A stretch of 64,000 nucleotides of DNA from Parcubacteria group bacterium Gr01-1014_8 (GCA_007376385.1 VMGC01000001.1:192001-256000); one strand, 5' to 3'; shown: positions 29,971-40,656, counted from the first letter of the stretch. Numbers and translations are program-made. Notes: a model not told the origin generated them from the letters alone.

Positions 29971-30787
29971 GATCGTAGACGGGAAATCGATCGCAGAGAC
30001 ACTCTATTCAAAGCTAGTCGACGAGCGCGCAGCGTTCAGTGGCCCAGTTTCGCTGGGCATTTTAGTAGGTGACAAGAATCCAGTCACCGCATCATACGTG
30101 CGCATAAAAGAGAAGGCGGCGGAACGTTTGAGCGTCACAATGGTGAGAAAAGAACTTCCTGTAGGTGCGACAACTAAGGATGCACTCTTTGCTATTGAAG
30201 AACTTGTCGGATCTGCTGATGGCGTTATCCCGCAATTGCCGATGGTAAGTATCGACGTGGATGCGGTACGCAATGCAATTCCGAAAGAGAAAGATGTTGA
30301 TGTCCTGTCCGATGAGGCGTTCAAAGCATTCGAAAAGGGAGATTGGCCTGCAATACCGCCAGTTCCCGCTGCGCTTACATACATTCTCCAGCAAAAAAAC
30401 GTGACGATAAAAGACGCGAATGTCGTTGTTGTTGGGAAAGGCAGGTTGGTTGGAAAGCCAGCCGAGATCTTGTTTGCTCAATTAGGAGGCCACGTGACAG
30501 CGTTGATGAAAGGCGACGATGTCGCATTATATACGAGGGAGGCTGATATTATTGTCTTAGGGGCAGGTTCCGCAGGGCTTCTGAAACCGAATATGGTTAA
30601 AAAGGGTGTTGCAGTCGTTGATGCTGGCACGAGCGAACTTGGCGGCAAGGTAGTGGGGGATGCTGATCCGAGCGTTGCAGAAGTAGCCGCCGTCTTTACA
30701 CCGGTGCCCGGCGGCGTTGGGCCTGTCGCCATTGCAGAGATATACAAAAATCTTTTTGCACTCAAACGAGCATATGGAAACAAATAA
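29969..30787 (+). CDS. folD: bifunctional methylenetetrahydrofolate dehydrogenase/cyclohydrolase
   Basis: MIVDGKSIAETLY...; C-terminal PVPGGVGPVAIA. Longer ORF from 29903 runs through the repeat, so an internal start is preferred. Confidence 0.85.
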   Translation: MIVDGKSIAETLYSKLVDERAAFSGPVSLGILVGDKNPVTASYVRIKEKAAERLSVTMVRKELPVGATTKDALFAIEELVGSADGVIPQLPMVSIDVDAVRNAIPKEKDVDVLSDEAFKAFEKGDWPAIPPVPAALTYILQQKNVTIKDANVVVVGKGRLVGKPAEILFAQLGGHVTALMKGDDVALYTREADIIVLGAGSAGLLKPNMVKKGVAVVDAGTSELGGKVVGDADPSVAEVAAVFTPVPGGVGPVAIAEIYKNLFALKRAYGNK

Positions 30788-32333
30788 GATACAGCGGGCA
30801 TTACTTTCGGTCTACGACAAAACCGGGCTCGTTCCGTTTGCGGAAGTATTGCACGAAGCCGGAATAGAACTCATCTCCACCGGCGGCACCGCGAAAACGC
30901 TCAAGGAAGCGGGTCTACCCGTCATAGAACTGGGCGTTTATACGGACTATCCGGAGATGTTCGGGGGTCGAGTCAAAACATTGCACCCAAAAATTCACGG
31001 CGGGCTTCTCTATATTCGAGGGAATGCAGAACATGAGAAGATTGCAAAAGAAAACGGCATCGGACCAATTGATCTTGTTGTGGTGAATTTGTATCCATTT
31101 GAGAATATTGCCGCGAAGCAAGACGCAACATCTGAAGAAATCATCGAGAATATAGACATTGGCGGTCCCTCGATGATACGCAGCGGTTCAAAAAATCACG
31201 CATCTGTCACAGTCGTCGTCGATCCTGCAGATTATTCTTCTGTTGCGGAAGAGATACAGAAAAATGGAGAGGTCTCGTTTGAACGTCGCCGCGAACTTGC
31301 CGGAAAAGCATTTTCCCGCACCGCCGCTTATGATTCCGCCATCGCCTCCCACTTTAATAACCGACATCGTATGTCGGTCATTTCGGACACATCCGGCGCA
31401 CTTTCGATACATGCTCTGCTCGTTCAAACGCTTCGCTATGGAGAGAATCCGCACCAAAAAGCGGCTCTCTACGGAAAATTCAACGACTATTACAAACAAC
31501 TGCACGGCAAAGAACTTTCATACAACAATATTCTCGATTTGACTGCAGCCGCAGAACTTATCCACGAATTCAAAACGGACGAACCGACCATCGCGATTCT
31601 TAAGCACAACAACCCGTGCGGAGTCGGGCAGGCATCCTCGCTTCGCGAAGCGTGGGATAAAGCGTTTGCGACGGACAAGCAAGCTCCGTTTGGAGGCATT
31701 ATTGCTTCGAATGTGATTATGGATGGCGACACTGCGTCGGCTATTGCCGAATTATTCAGCGAGGTCGTAGTTGCCCCGGATTTTACACATGATGCACTCA
31801 TCATACTGCAGACAAAAAAGAATTTGCGCCTTATTAAGGTGCTAAAAGATATAACTTCCGGCTCGCCATGGCGAGTACGAAGTGTTGGACCGGATACGTA
31901 TGTCTCGCAGGAAGCAGATTTGCATGAACTAAAGGAGAACGATGTAAAAATTGTGACGAAACGTGCGCCAACGCCGGAAGACATGAAGGCACTTCTTTTT
32001 GGTTGGCGAGTCGCAAAACACGTCAAATCTAACGCAATAGTCTATTCCGCGCCTGACCGCACGCTCGGCATCGGCGCGGGGCAAATGAGCCGCATCGATT
32101 CCACAAAACTCGCTATCTGGAAGGCCAAGGAAGCCGGCCTCTCACTCCAGGGAAGTGCTCTCGCAAGCGACGCATTCTTTCCGTTTCCTGACGGTCTCAT
32201 CGCTGCCGCCGAAGCCGGTGCTACCGCTATCATCCAACCTGGTGGCGCGCTCAAAGATGCCGATGTCATCGCCGCAGCTGATGCGCGAAACCTCGCCATG
32301 GTGTTCACCGGCGTTCGGCATTTTAGGCACTAA
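30774..32333 (+). CDS. purH: bifunctional AICAR transformylase / IMP cyclohydrolase
   Basis: METNKIQRALLSVYDKTGLV...STGGTAK; overlaps folD stop by 14 nt. Confidence 0.9.
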   Translation: METNKIQRALLSVYDKTGLVPFAEVLHEAGIELISTGGTAKTLKEAGLPVIELGVYTDYPEMFGGRVKTLHPKIHGGLLYIRGNAEHEKIAKENGIGPIDLVVVNLYPFENIAAKQDATSEEIIENIDIGGPSMIRSGSKNHASVTVVVDPADYSSVAEEIQKNGEVSFERRRELAGKAFSRTAAYDSAIASHFNNRHRMSVISDTSGALSIHALLVQTLRYGENPHQKAALYGKFNDYYKQLHGKELSYNNILDLTAAAELIHEFKTDEPTIAILKHNNPCGVGQASSLREAWDKAFATDKQAPFGGIIASNVIMDGDTASAIAELFSEVVVAPDFTHDALIILQTKKNLRLIKVLKDITSGSPWRVRSVGPDTYVSQEADLHELKENDVKIVTKRAPTPEDMKALLFGWRVAKHVKSNAIVYSAPDRTLGIGAGQMSRIDSTKLAIWKAKEAGLSLQGSALASDAFFPFPDGLIAAAEAGATAIIQPGGALKDADVIAAADARNLAMVFTGVRHFRH

Positions 32334-32337
32334 TTCC

Positions 32338-32760
32338 ATGAATGAAAAAGTGAGGATGGTTGAACTTGAGAAAGGAGAGCATGCTTCTGTTATTGGCGTA
32401 TCTATTTTTAGAGATAACGCTGAAGGCAAAAAGGAGATTTTACTTGTTAAGGGTCCGTCAGGAAAATGGTATTTTCCGGGAGGGAAGATGCGTAAAGGTG
32501 AGAGTATGGATCAATGCGTGAGAAGAGAACTCAAGGAAGAGTTAGGCATCAATTATTCCGGATCCTTCTCGGCTTTTAATATCGGTTCATACGCAATCGG
32601 AGGCAAGTTACTCGCAATCGCGAATATAACAGCTCTTGATTCTCTCCCTTCGGAGCCACGCATACAAAAAAGTGATGTCATCCAGGATTTTGTATGGACC
32701 ACGAGTCCTTTGGATTATGATTTGACGGAACAAGCTCGCTTCCTCTTGCAAATCAGATGA
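32338..32760 (+). CDS. NUDIX hydrolase
   Basis: Nudix box GGKMRKGESMDQCVRRELKEELGI. Start MNEKVRM chosen just after purH stop. Confidence 0.75.
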   Translation: MNEKVRMVELEKGEHASVIGVSIFRDNAEGKKEILLVKGPSGKWYFPGGKMRKGESMDQCVRRELKEELGINYSGSFSAFNIGSYAIGGKLLAIANITALDSLPSEPRIQKSDVIQDFVWTTSPLDYDLTEQARFLLQIR

Positions 32761-32849
32761 GCAGTTCTCTCCTTATCGAGAAAAAGCAGACCAGGAGTTA
32801 GCAGAAGGAGTGTTGATTTAAGCCTTCCCTAGAGGCATACTAAGCCGTC

Positions 32850-34175
32850 ATGTGGAAAACTAGGCTTATAGCATTGGGGCTTCTGGCTTTTGGCGCCCTT
32901 GTTGGCTGGTACGTGTATAGCTCTGAAATCAGCGGCTCGCGGCCGTTCCGTCTTGGGCTCGATCTCTCAGGGGGTACCCAGCTTGTCTACAAGGCGGATC
33001 TCAGTGAAATAAACCCCACGAACACGAACGATTCGATGGCTTCGCTTCGCGACACCATCGAAAGACGAGTGAACCTTTTCGGTGTGGCTGAGCCTATAGT
33101 CCAGACTGAAAAAGGCGGTGCGCTTGCAGGAGAAACAGAGGAGCGGCTTATCGTTGAACTTCCGGGTGTCACCGACACAGAAGCGGCCATCGCGATGATA
33201 GGGCAAACGCCATCGCTTGAATTTCGCCTGTTGAAAAAGGATATGCAAAGTCCGCCAGAGGGAACTCCGCTCGAGCCAATAAAAGATCTTTTTGAACCTG
33301 CATCCGTTACGGGCAAGCATGTCGAACATGCGGAACTTCAATTCGGAAATGGGGGTGGCGGCCTCTCAAACGAGCCTGTCGTAGTCCTCAATTTCAACGA
33401 CGAGGGGAAGCAATTATTTGCTGATCTTACTCGCACAAACGTGGGTCGTCCGTTCGGCATCTTTCTCGACAACGTACTCATCTCTATTCCCGTGATCCGT
33501 GAAGCTATTCCGGATGGGACCGCTGTCATTTCCGGTAATTTCACGCCTGAATCAGCCCGCGAACTCGTTCGCAATTTGAATTTCGGCGCGCTCCCGGTTC
33601 CCATCGAACTCTTAACTACTGAAACTGTAGGCGGCACGCTCGGAGGAAAAGCAGTAGAGAGCGGCCTTATGGCAGGCCTTGGCGGCGTCATTGCGGTCAT
33701 CGTTTTCATGCTCCTCTGGTACCGGCTCCCTGGATTATTGGCGTCACTCGCGCTTACGCTCTATGTCCTCCTCTCGCTCGCAGTCTTTAAGCTCATTCCT
33801 GTTACGCTAACCGCCGCCGGCATCGCTGCTTTTATTCTATCTATCGGTATGGCGGTTGATGCGAACGTGCTCATCTTTGAGCGTATGAAAGAAGAGATGA
33901 AGAAAGGAAAGAACGCACACGATTCCATCAAAGATGGATTTGCGCGTGCATGGCTCTCCATTCGCGACTCGAATATCTCGAGCATCATTACCGCCATCAT
34001 TCTCTTCTGGTTCGGCACGTCGCTCGTGAAAGGCTTTGCGCTGGTGTTCGGACTCGGTGTCATAATTTCTATGCTTACAGCCATCTCCGTGTCACGCACA
34101 TTTTTGCTTGCCCTTGGCGTTTCAACTGAGAGCAGGCTTGGCCGCTGGTTTCTTAGCAGCGGCTTCTCTCGATAA
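32850..34175 (+). CDS. secD: protein translocase subunit SecD
   Basis: 441 aa; LGLDLSGGTQLVY, periplasmic domain, 6 C-terminal TMs. Confidence 0.85.
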   Translation: MWKTRLIALGLLAFGALVGWYVYSSEISGSRPFRLGLDLSGGTQLVYKADLSEINPTNTNDSMASLRDTIERRVNLFGVAEPIVQTEKGGALAGETEERLIVELPGVTDTEAAIAMIGQTPSLEFRLLKKDMQSPPEGTPLEPIKDLFEPASVTGKHVEHAELQFGNGGGGLSNEPVVVLNFNDEGKQLFADLTRTNVGRPFGIFLDNVLISIPVIREAIPDGTAVISGNFTPESARELVRNLNFGALPVPIELLTTETVGGTLGGKAVESGLMAGLGGVIAVIVFMLLWYRLPGLLASLALTLYVLLSLAVFKLIPVTLTAAGIAAFILSIGMAVDANVLIFERMKEEMKKGKNAHDSIKDGFARAWLSIRDSNISSIITAIILFWFGTSLVKGFALVFGLGVIISMLTAISVSRTFLLALGVSTESRLGRWFLSSGFSR

Positions 34176-34180
34176 AAGTT

Positions 34181-35089
34181 ATGCTGATTGTCACCTACAG
34201 AAATGTTTTCTTTGCAATAACGGGACTGTTCGTGGTTGTTTCGATTGCCGCGGTTCTCATTTTTGGATTGAAACTTGGTACAGATTTTACAGGGGGCGTC
34301 CTTGCGGAGGCTCGGTACGAGAACAGCCGCCCCTCTGTTGAAGAACTATCCGTATCGCTTCGCGAAGCAGGATACAGCGGCTTTGCGATTCGAGAAGCCA
34401 AAGACAACGGATACATTGTTCGCGCAGGAAACATTTCAAGCGAAATGCGCGCATCGCTTCCGCAAACGCTTTCCATAAACGGTGCGTATCCCGCGACAAT
34501 GGAGCGTTTTTCCGAGATAGGACCCACTATAGGGGTTGAACTTCGAAACAAATCTCTTATTGCCATATCGCTCGTTCTTCTTGCCATTCTGCTCTACATT
34601 GCCCTTGTCTTTCGAAAAGTCTCGAAGCCGGTGTCTTCGTGGATATATGGGCTTATCGCTCTTGTGACCTTAGTTCACGATGTCATCGTGCCTATAGGCT
34701 TTTTTGCGGTGCTCGGGTACGTGTTTGGGGCTCAAGTTGATACGTTGTTTGTAACTGCGGTCCTTACAATTCTCGGCTTTTCTGTTCACGATACGATAGT
34801 TGTATTCGACCGAGTGCGAGAGAATCTTCGTCTCAATCATGAAGCGAATCGGAGAGAAGATTTTGAGCTTACTGCTGGAAGGAGTTTGCAGCAGACATTT
34901 GTCCGTTCGGTGAATACGTCAGTGACGGTCTTGATTTCCCTCGGAGTTCTTTTCTTTGTGGGTCCAGAGAGCACGCAAGATTTTGCGCTAACTCTCATTG
35001 TCGGCATTATCGCAGGAACGTTCTCTTCTATCGCGCTTGCGACACCGCTTTTGGTTACGGTAGAAAAGTGGCGTCGTAAGGACAAATAA
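34181..35089 (+). CDS. secF: protein translocase subunit SecF
   Basis: 302 aa directly after secD; TDFTGG motif and C-terminal TMs. Confidence 0.85.
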   Translation: MLIVTYRNVFFAITGLFVVVSIAAVLIFGLKLGTDFTGGVLAEARYENSRPSVEELSVSLREAGYSGFAIREAKDNGYIVRAGNISSEMRASLPQTLSINGAYPATMERFSEIGPTIGVELRNKSLIAISLVLLAILLYIALVFRKVSKPVSSWIYGLIALVTLVHDVIVPIGFFAVLGYVFGAQVDTLFVTAVLTILGFSVHDTIVVFDRVRENLRLNHEANRREDFELTAGRSLQQTFVRSVNTSVTVLISLGVLFFVGPESTQDFALTLIVGIIAGTFSSIALATPLLVTVEKWRRKDK

Positions 35090-35092
35090 ACT

Positions 35093-35830
35093 ATGCGCGT
35101 TGGCTCGGTCGGTATCATTGGGTACGGTAATTTTGGCGCGTTTTTACACGTGCTATTGAAGCGTTTTGCGCCGCAGATCACCGTCCGCGTCTTCACGCCA
35201 GAAAAGAAACCAGATGGCGCCACATTCTTTTCGATGGAAGAAGCGGCTGTGTCAGACGTTGTTGTGCTTGCTGTTCCTATCAGCGAATTTGAGAACGTAT
35301 TGGAGGATGTATTGCCACACGTCAAAGAGACCAGTGTCATCGTGGATGTCGCCACCGTGAAAATGCATACCGCAGATGTGCTCAAGCGGCTCGCGCCACA
35401 TAGGTCATATATTGCAACTCATCCGATATTCGGGCCCGAGAGCTATGCAAAACGGGAGGGGAACGTATCCGGTTTCAGAGTCGTCATTACGGACCATACC
35501 CTGTCAAAAGATGTGTACAAGGCTACTGTATCGTTCTTAAGGAAAACAGGTTTTGCGGTCATTGAAGTGAGCGCGGATGAACATGATAAACGCTTGGCAC
35601 AAACGCTCTTCTTGACACATTTTATCGGGCAAACCATCACTGAAGCAGAATTTGACAGAACTGACATCGACTCGGTTTCATTCGGATTTCTGATGGATGC
35701 TGTAGAGAGCGTTAAGCACGACAAGCAATTATTTCAAGATGTCTATCGCTACAACCCGCACTGCAAGGCGACATTGGACCGGTTTGAAAAGGCAGAAGCA
35801 AACGTGCGCCGGATGCTCGATAAAAGCTAG
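35093..35830 (+). CDS. tyrA: prephenate/arogenate dehydrogenase
   Basis: VGIIGYGNFGAF NAD-binding motif; aromatic-pathway context. Confidence 0.6.
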   Translation: MRVGSVGIIGYGNFGAFLHVLLKRFAPQITVRVFTPEKKPDGATFFSMEEAAVSDVVVLAVPISEFENVLEDVLPHVKETSVIVDVATVKMHTADVLKRLAPHRSYIATHPIFGPESYAKREGNVSGFRVVITDHTLSKDVYKATVSFLRKTGFAVIEVSADEHDKRLAQTLFLTHFIGQTITEAEFDRTDIDSVSFGFLMDAVESVKHDKQLFQDVYRYNPHCKATLDRFEKAEANVRRMLDKS

Positions 35831-36969
35831 AGGTATTCGTCAATATTGTCTACGTTGATGCAAATACTGGCGCGCACATAGCGCTCACCGTTCGTCCCAT
35901 ATGCACTGCCAGGTGTAAAGAGCACTTGTTTTTCTTTGAGCAAGTCCATGCAAAAAGTCTCTGAATCTTTTGCCGAGTCAGGTATTTTCGCCCAAATATA
36001 GAGGCTTCCTTTCGGGATTTCCAAGATGAGCCCCAGTTTTTTCATTTTCTCAGCGATGACATCACGGCGTTTTTGATAGGAAGAAAGCATTGCCGCGTGC
36101 CACTTTTCGTCACGATTATTCAGGGCGTATGCGCCGAGGAGTTGCAAGGGAAGCGACATGCCGGAATCCATTTGCGACTTCACCTTCTGCATAGCCGCAA
36201 TGATGTCTTTATTTCCAACTATCCAGCCCATCCGGAAACCTGCAAACGAGAACGTCTTTGAAAATGATCCTATTTCGACGCAATGTTCTTTTGCGCCTGC
36301 AACCTGAAGAATACTCGGCGCGACGAACCCATCGAATGTTATTTCTGCGTATGCGTTGTCATAAATAATTGGGAGGTCGTGCTTTTTTGAGAACGCCGTG
36401 ATTTCTTTGAGCTCATCGAGCGATGCAACGGCTCCGGTCGGGTTTCCGGGGAAATTCACCCACATGTATTTTGTTTTGTTCGTGATTTGCCTTGCAACAG
36501 AATCAAACATCGGCTTGAAATCATGTTCTGGCAGCAAGTCGTAATAATTGGAAGTAACTCCGAACATTGGACCTGGTTCGCTGAAAGGGGGATATCCAGG
36601 GTTCGGCGCCAGTACGTTGTCGCCTTCGTCTGCCAAGGCAAGAGGTAAGTGGCTAATCCCATCTTTACCGCCCAGTAGCGGCAGCACTTCATCATCCTCG
36701 AGCACAACATCGAATCGTTTCTTGTACCATGCTCGCACTGCATCATTGAATTCTTTGACGCCTTTATATCCGGGGTAGAGATGCGCTTTTGGGTCCCGGA
36801 CAAACTCAAAGAATTTCTGGATATACTTCTCACTCGGTGGAAAATCTGGGCTTCCCGGACCGAAGTTCAAGACTTTTCTCGCAGTCGCTTTTTCAGTTTC
36901 TACTACAGCTCTATTTAGTCTCGAAAAGATGTATTCAGGAAACTTCTCGACACGGTTCGCGATTCTCAT
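35827..36969 (-). CDS. class I/II PLP-dependent aminotransferase (possibly aromatic/aspartate aminotransferase)
   Basis: 380 aa; GSFSKTFSFAGFRMGW (Lys-PLP region). Confidence 0.75.
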   Translation of the reverse strand: MRIANRVEKFPEYIFSRLNRAVVETEKATARKVLNFGPGSPDFPPSEKYIQKFFEFVRDPKAHLYPGYKGVKEFNDAVRAWYKKRFDVVLEDDEVLPLLGGKDGISHLPLALADEGDNVLAPNPGYPPFSEPGPMFGVTSNYYDLLPEHDFKPMFDSVARQITNKTKYMWVNFPGNPTGAVASLDELKEITAFSKKHDLPIIYDNAYAEITFDGFVAPSILQVAGAKEHCVEIGSFSKTFSFAGFRMGWIVGNKDIIAAMQKVKSQMDSGMSLPLQLLGAYALNNRDEKWHAAMLSSYQKRRDVIAEKMKKLGLILEIPKGSLYIWAKIPDSAKDSETFCMDLLKEKQVLFTPGSAYGTNGERYVRASICINVDNIDEYL

Positions 36970-37244
36970 AGTTTTATGTTCTTTTGGATTGCGACGGAGT
37001 TTTTGTGGATCCTAGAGAAGATCTCATTTGCGAGTTTTGTCGATATCTTCATCGCTTTCGCCATGGCGATCCGTGATTTTATGAGCTGCGTTTTTCGTGT
37101 CTTATCGAGCGCTCTCATTCCTTTCTCGAGCTTATATTTGCCTATCACTTTCGAGAGCTTAGCCCGCTTTGCGAGCGCAGAAAGGATAATGGTGTCCACG
37201 GTGTCTATCTCTTTTCTCAGGCTTTCCAGTTCTTTCTTCTGCAT
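36966..37244 (-). CDS. chorismate mutase (AroQ class)
   Basis: 92 aa; LRKEIDTVDTIILSALAKRAKLSKVIGKYK. Confidence 0.7.
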   Translation of the reverse strand: MQKKELESLRKEIDTVDTIILSALAKRAKLSKVIGKYKLEKGMRALDKTRKTQLIKSRIAMAKAMKISTKLANEIFSRIHKNSVAIQKNIKL

Positions 37245-37269
37245 AGTTCAGAATGTAGCGTATTTGGGG

Positions 37270-37560
37270 GCTTTTGTCGCGCCTACGTTGACAGAGGGAA
37301 GAAATGGGGTAGAGTCTGGTGAGTTAAAGCTGTTCAGGTCCCGTCCGCCAGTTGGCGGAGGGGGTTGGGCCTGGATTCCTTAAGTGGGAAAGTGGTCATT
37401 GCGTAAGTGGTGACTCGGACTCCTCCGTAATCAGGATAACTGATGTCCACCAGCTGGCGGAGTCAGCGAAAGTCCGCCTCTGGCGGAAAAGTAAGGTGGC
37501 ACCGTGTCGAGAGACGCCCTTACATCGTAACGAATAGTTGCGGCGTGAGGGCGTTTTTTA
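37270..37560 (+). promoter_or_regulatory. T-box-like riboswitch leader upstream of trpE
   Basis: AAGGTGGCACCGTG (37495-37508) matches T-box core AGGGUGGNACCGCG at 12/14 positions. It is followed by hairpin acgccct...agggcgtttttt; further upstream lie repeated helices ccgccagttggcgg / ccaccagctggcgg. Confidence 0.45.
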
Positions 37561-37702
37561 TTAGAAACTGTCCAAAAAAGTCCAATTGCGTCGTTGCGAG
37601 CTGTGGTACTCCCTCACAATACGTCATGTATTGTTCGGTTCGTTCCTCGCTCGCGCCTAGCATTCGGAGCTTTTTGAAACAGTTTCGGGGCATCAGAACA
37701 GC

Positions 37703-39049
37703 ATGAAAATTCCAAAAATAAAATTAGGGCAAAAACCGACTTACGTGAAGATCGCGGAGGATGTGGATTTCTTTGATTTGTTCAAAAAGGTGGAAGAGCA
37801 TTTTGAAACGTGCTTTATTTTCGAATCACTCGGAGAAGAGGGAAAATTCTCTCGCTATTCCATTATCGGTTTCGATCCAGCTCACGTGGTATCTGCCCGC
37901 GAGAAGATACTTACATTTGATGGCGAACGATACGATGTAGAAAATCCATACGCTGCTTTGAGGCAGATCATGCCGAGGCAAACCATTGCGCGGAATTACG
38001 CAGGGGGGCTCATCGGGTATTTAAGCTACGAGGCAGTGAACTATTTTGAGCCGAAGGTTTCGGTGAAGGTTCATGATTCATTCGAGCAATTCATGTTCGG
38101 CGTTTATTTAGACGGGCTCATACTGGACAAACTTACGAACGAGCTTTTTTACTTTTACTATGACAATGATAGAAGCGGCACTCTTAAGGAAGTAATGCAT
38201 AGAGTTCCCAATAAGAAATCGTTCACAGCGGAATTTATTAAGGATGGTCTCACCCAGAAAGAACATGCGACGATAGTAGAGCGCGTCAAAGAACATATTC
38301 GAGCGGGAAATACGTTCCAGTGCGAGGTCGGTTTCAAGAGCGCGTACAAGGTAGGTGGGGACGTTGTCGCTATTTACGAGAAGTTGCGGGATGTAAATCC
38401 TTCTCCTTTTATGTATCATCTCAAGTTCGGGGCAAAACACATCATCGGGGCAAGTCCCGAGCTTTTATTTTCTCTTCGAGACGGTGAAATGACGACGCGT
38501 CCTCTTGCGGGAACTATTCGTCGCGGAAGGGATGACAAAGAGGACCAGCTGCTCGCAAGAAAGCTTCTTAGCGATCCCAAAGAGCGAGCGGAGCATACGA
38601 TGCTCGTTGATATGCATCGGAATGACATCGGGCGTGTTGCGAGGTTTGGCACCGTCCGCGTCAAAGATCTGATGACAGTCAAGAAGTTTAGCCACGTACA
38701 GCACATGTCGAGCGAAGTCGTCGGCGTCATACGGCCGGGCGAGGACATGTTCTCGGGGCTCCAGAGCAATTTTCCAATGGGAACGATTTGCGGCACGCCG
38801 AAAGTGGAGACGCTGAAGATAATAGATGCAAATGAGCCTGAAGCGCGCGGACCGTATGGTGGAGGCGTTGGGCATTTTGGATTCAACGGTGACTGCACAT
38901 TCGCGCTTACACTTCGTTCAGTATTCATACACAACTCCAACGCATATACGCAGACATGCGGCGGAATCGTGTACGACTCGACACCGGAGAATGAATATGA
39001 GGAAATTCAAAGAAAATCAGCTGCGATGAAAAAAGTACTTGGCGTATGA
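37703..39049 (+). CDS. trpE: anthranilate synthase component I
   Basis: 448 aa chorismate-binding enzyme; LLFSLRDGEMTTRPLAGT...GGGVGHFGFNGD. Confidence 0.85.
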   Translation: MKIPKIKLGQKPTYVKIAEDVDFFDLFKKVEEHFETCFIFESLGEEGKFSRYSIIGFDPAHVVSAREKILTFDGERYDVENPYAALRQIMPRQTIARNYAGGLIGYLSYEAVNYFEPKVSVKVHDSFEQFMFGVYLDGLILDKLTNELFYFYYDNDRSGTLKEVMHRVPNKKSFTAEFIKDGLTQKEHATIVERVKEHIRAGNTFQCEVGFKSAYKVGGDVVAIYEKLRDVNPSPFMYHLKFGAKHIIGASPELLFSLRDGEMTTRPLAGTIRRGRDDKEDQLLARKLLSDPKERAEHTMLVDMHRNDIGRVARFGTVRVKDLMTVKKFSHVQHMSSEVVGVIRPGEDMFSGLQSNFPMGTICGTPKVETLKIIDANEPEARGPYGGGVGHFGFNGDCTFALTLRSVFIHNSNAYTQTCGGIVYDSTPENEYEEIQRKSAAMKKVLGV

Positions 39050-39642
39050 AAATACTTATCATAGATAATTACGATTCGTTCACCTACAACCTCTATCAAC
39101 TGGTGGGGGAAATTTTGAAAGCAGAACAAGGAGATTTCACTATTGATGTTGTGCGCAACGATGAGATAACCCTCGATGAAATACAAAGGCGCGCGTACGA
39201 CAGAATAATCATCTCCCCAGGGCCAGGTGACCCGAGTGACAAACACTATTTTGGTGTGTGTGCCGATGTCATCTTGCATGTTGGCAAAAAGACGCCAATT
39301 CTCGGTGTGTGCCTTGGAATGCAAGGAATTGCGCACTATTTTGGCGGGAAGGTTGTTCGCGCAAAAGTACCGATGCATGGCAAGACAAGTGAAATAGAGC
39401 ACGATGAAAAAGGTGTCTTTGCAGGACTTCCGCAGGGTCTCGAAGTCATGCGTTACCACTCGTTGGTGGCGGAAAAAGAATCACTGCCTAGTTCGCTTGT
39501 CGTCACATCAACGGCGAAAGATTCTGGTGAGATAATGGGACTTCGCCATGTGAAATATCCGATAGAAGGTATTCAATTCCATCCAGAGTCATTTGCAACA
39601 GAAGGAGGAAAAAGACTTCTGGAAAATTTCTTGAAGGTATGA
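39046..39642 (+). CDS. trpG: anthranilate synthase component II (GATase)
   Basis: 198 aa; ILGVCLGMQ, HPES motifs. Start overlaps trpE stop. Confidence 0.85.
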   Translation: MKILIIDNYDSFTYNLYQLVGEILKAEQGDFTIDVVRNDEITLDEIQRRAYDRIIISPGPGDPSDKHYFGVCADVILHVGKKTPILGVCLGMQGIAHYFGGKVVRAKVPMHGKTSEIEHDEKGVFAGLPQGLEVMRYHSLVAEKESLPSSLVVTSTAKDSGEIMGLRHVKYPIEGIQFHPESFATEGGKRLLENFLKV

Positions 39643-40649
39643 TACTGGACTTATTAAAGAAACTCGTTGAGAAAAAAGACCTGACTGTTTCGGAGTCGGA
39701 GCAATTCCTATTGGAAGTGATGAAAGGGGGAGTGAGCCCGACATGTATCGCAAGTATTCTCGTTGCACTGCGAATGAAAGGCGAGTCAGTTGATGAGATA
39801 GTCGGATTCCTCCGCGCGATGCGCGCGAACATGCTGAAAGTGAATGCGCCGGACGCGATTGATATCGTAGGAACCGGTGGGGACGGAAGCGGCACGTTCA
39901 ATATCTCGACTACCGCGGCTTTTGTGGTTGCAGGGGTGGGAGTAAAAGTGGCAAAGCACGGTAACCGTGCGGCAAGCAGCAAGTGCGGAAGCGCGGATGT
40001 TTTGGAAGCACTTGGCGTGAATATTCAGCTTACGAAGGAACAGGCGGAAGAAGTGTTTAAAAATGTCGGGCTCGTCTTTATGATGGCGCCTCTGTATCAC
40101 CCCGCGATGAAAGAGGTTGCCGCCGTCAGAGAAGAATTAAAGATACGAACTGTTTTTAATGTCCTAGGTCCATTCGCGAACCCTGCTTCGACGCAAACAC
40201 AATTAACTGGTGTTCCGAATAAGGCCATCGCAAAGAAATTGGCGGAGGTCGGCAAGCGGCTTGGCTACAAACGACTTCTCGTTGTCTCGAGCAATGATGG
40301 GATGGACGAGATAAGTTTGTCGTCAAAGACACATATGTTCGATGTCTATCGCGGCAAAGTAAAGAAATCGCTTATCGACCCGAAAAGATATGGATTCAAG
40401 CGCTCATCCAAGAAAGATATTCTTGGTGGGGATGCAACCGAGAACGCAGCTATTATCCGAGCGATTTTGAGTGGTGGAAGCGGGGCACAGCGTGACGTCG
40501 TTGTCTTTAACAGCGCGTTCGCGCTCTATGCTGCTGGCGCAGCCGCTTCAATTCAAGAGGGAATAGAGAAAGCTAAGCAGTCTATTGATAGCGGCAGCGC
40601 GCTTCGCGTATTAGAGTCATTGATACGGGAGACACAGAACTTCGCGTAA
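39639..40649 (+). CDS. trpD: anthranilate phosphoribosyltransferase
   Basis: 336 aa; IVGTGGDGSGTFNISTTAAFVVAGVGVKVAKHGNRA. Confidence 0.88.
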   Translation: MILDLLKKLVEKKDLTVSESEQFLLEVMKGGVSPTCIASILVALRMKGESVDEIVGFLRAMRANMLKVNAPDAIDIVGTGGDGSGTFNISTTAAFVVAGVGVKVAKHGNRAASSKCGSADVLEALGVNIQLTKEQAEEVFKNVGLVFMMAPLYHPAMKEVAAVREELKIRTVFNVLGPFANPASTQTQLTGVPNKAIAKKLAEVGKRLGYKRLLVVSSNDGMDEISLSSKTHMFDVYRGKVKKSLIDPKRYGFKRSSKKDILGGDATENAAIIRAILSGGSGAQRDVVVFNSAFALYAAGAAASIQEGIEKAKQSIDSGSALRVLESLIRETQNFA

Positions 40650-40656
40650 CTAACCT

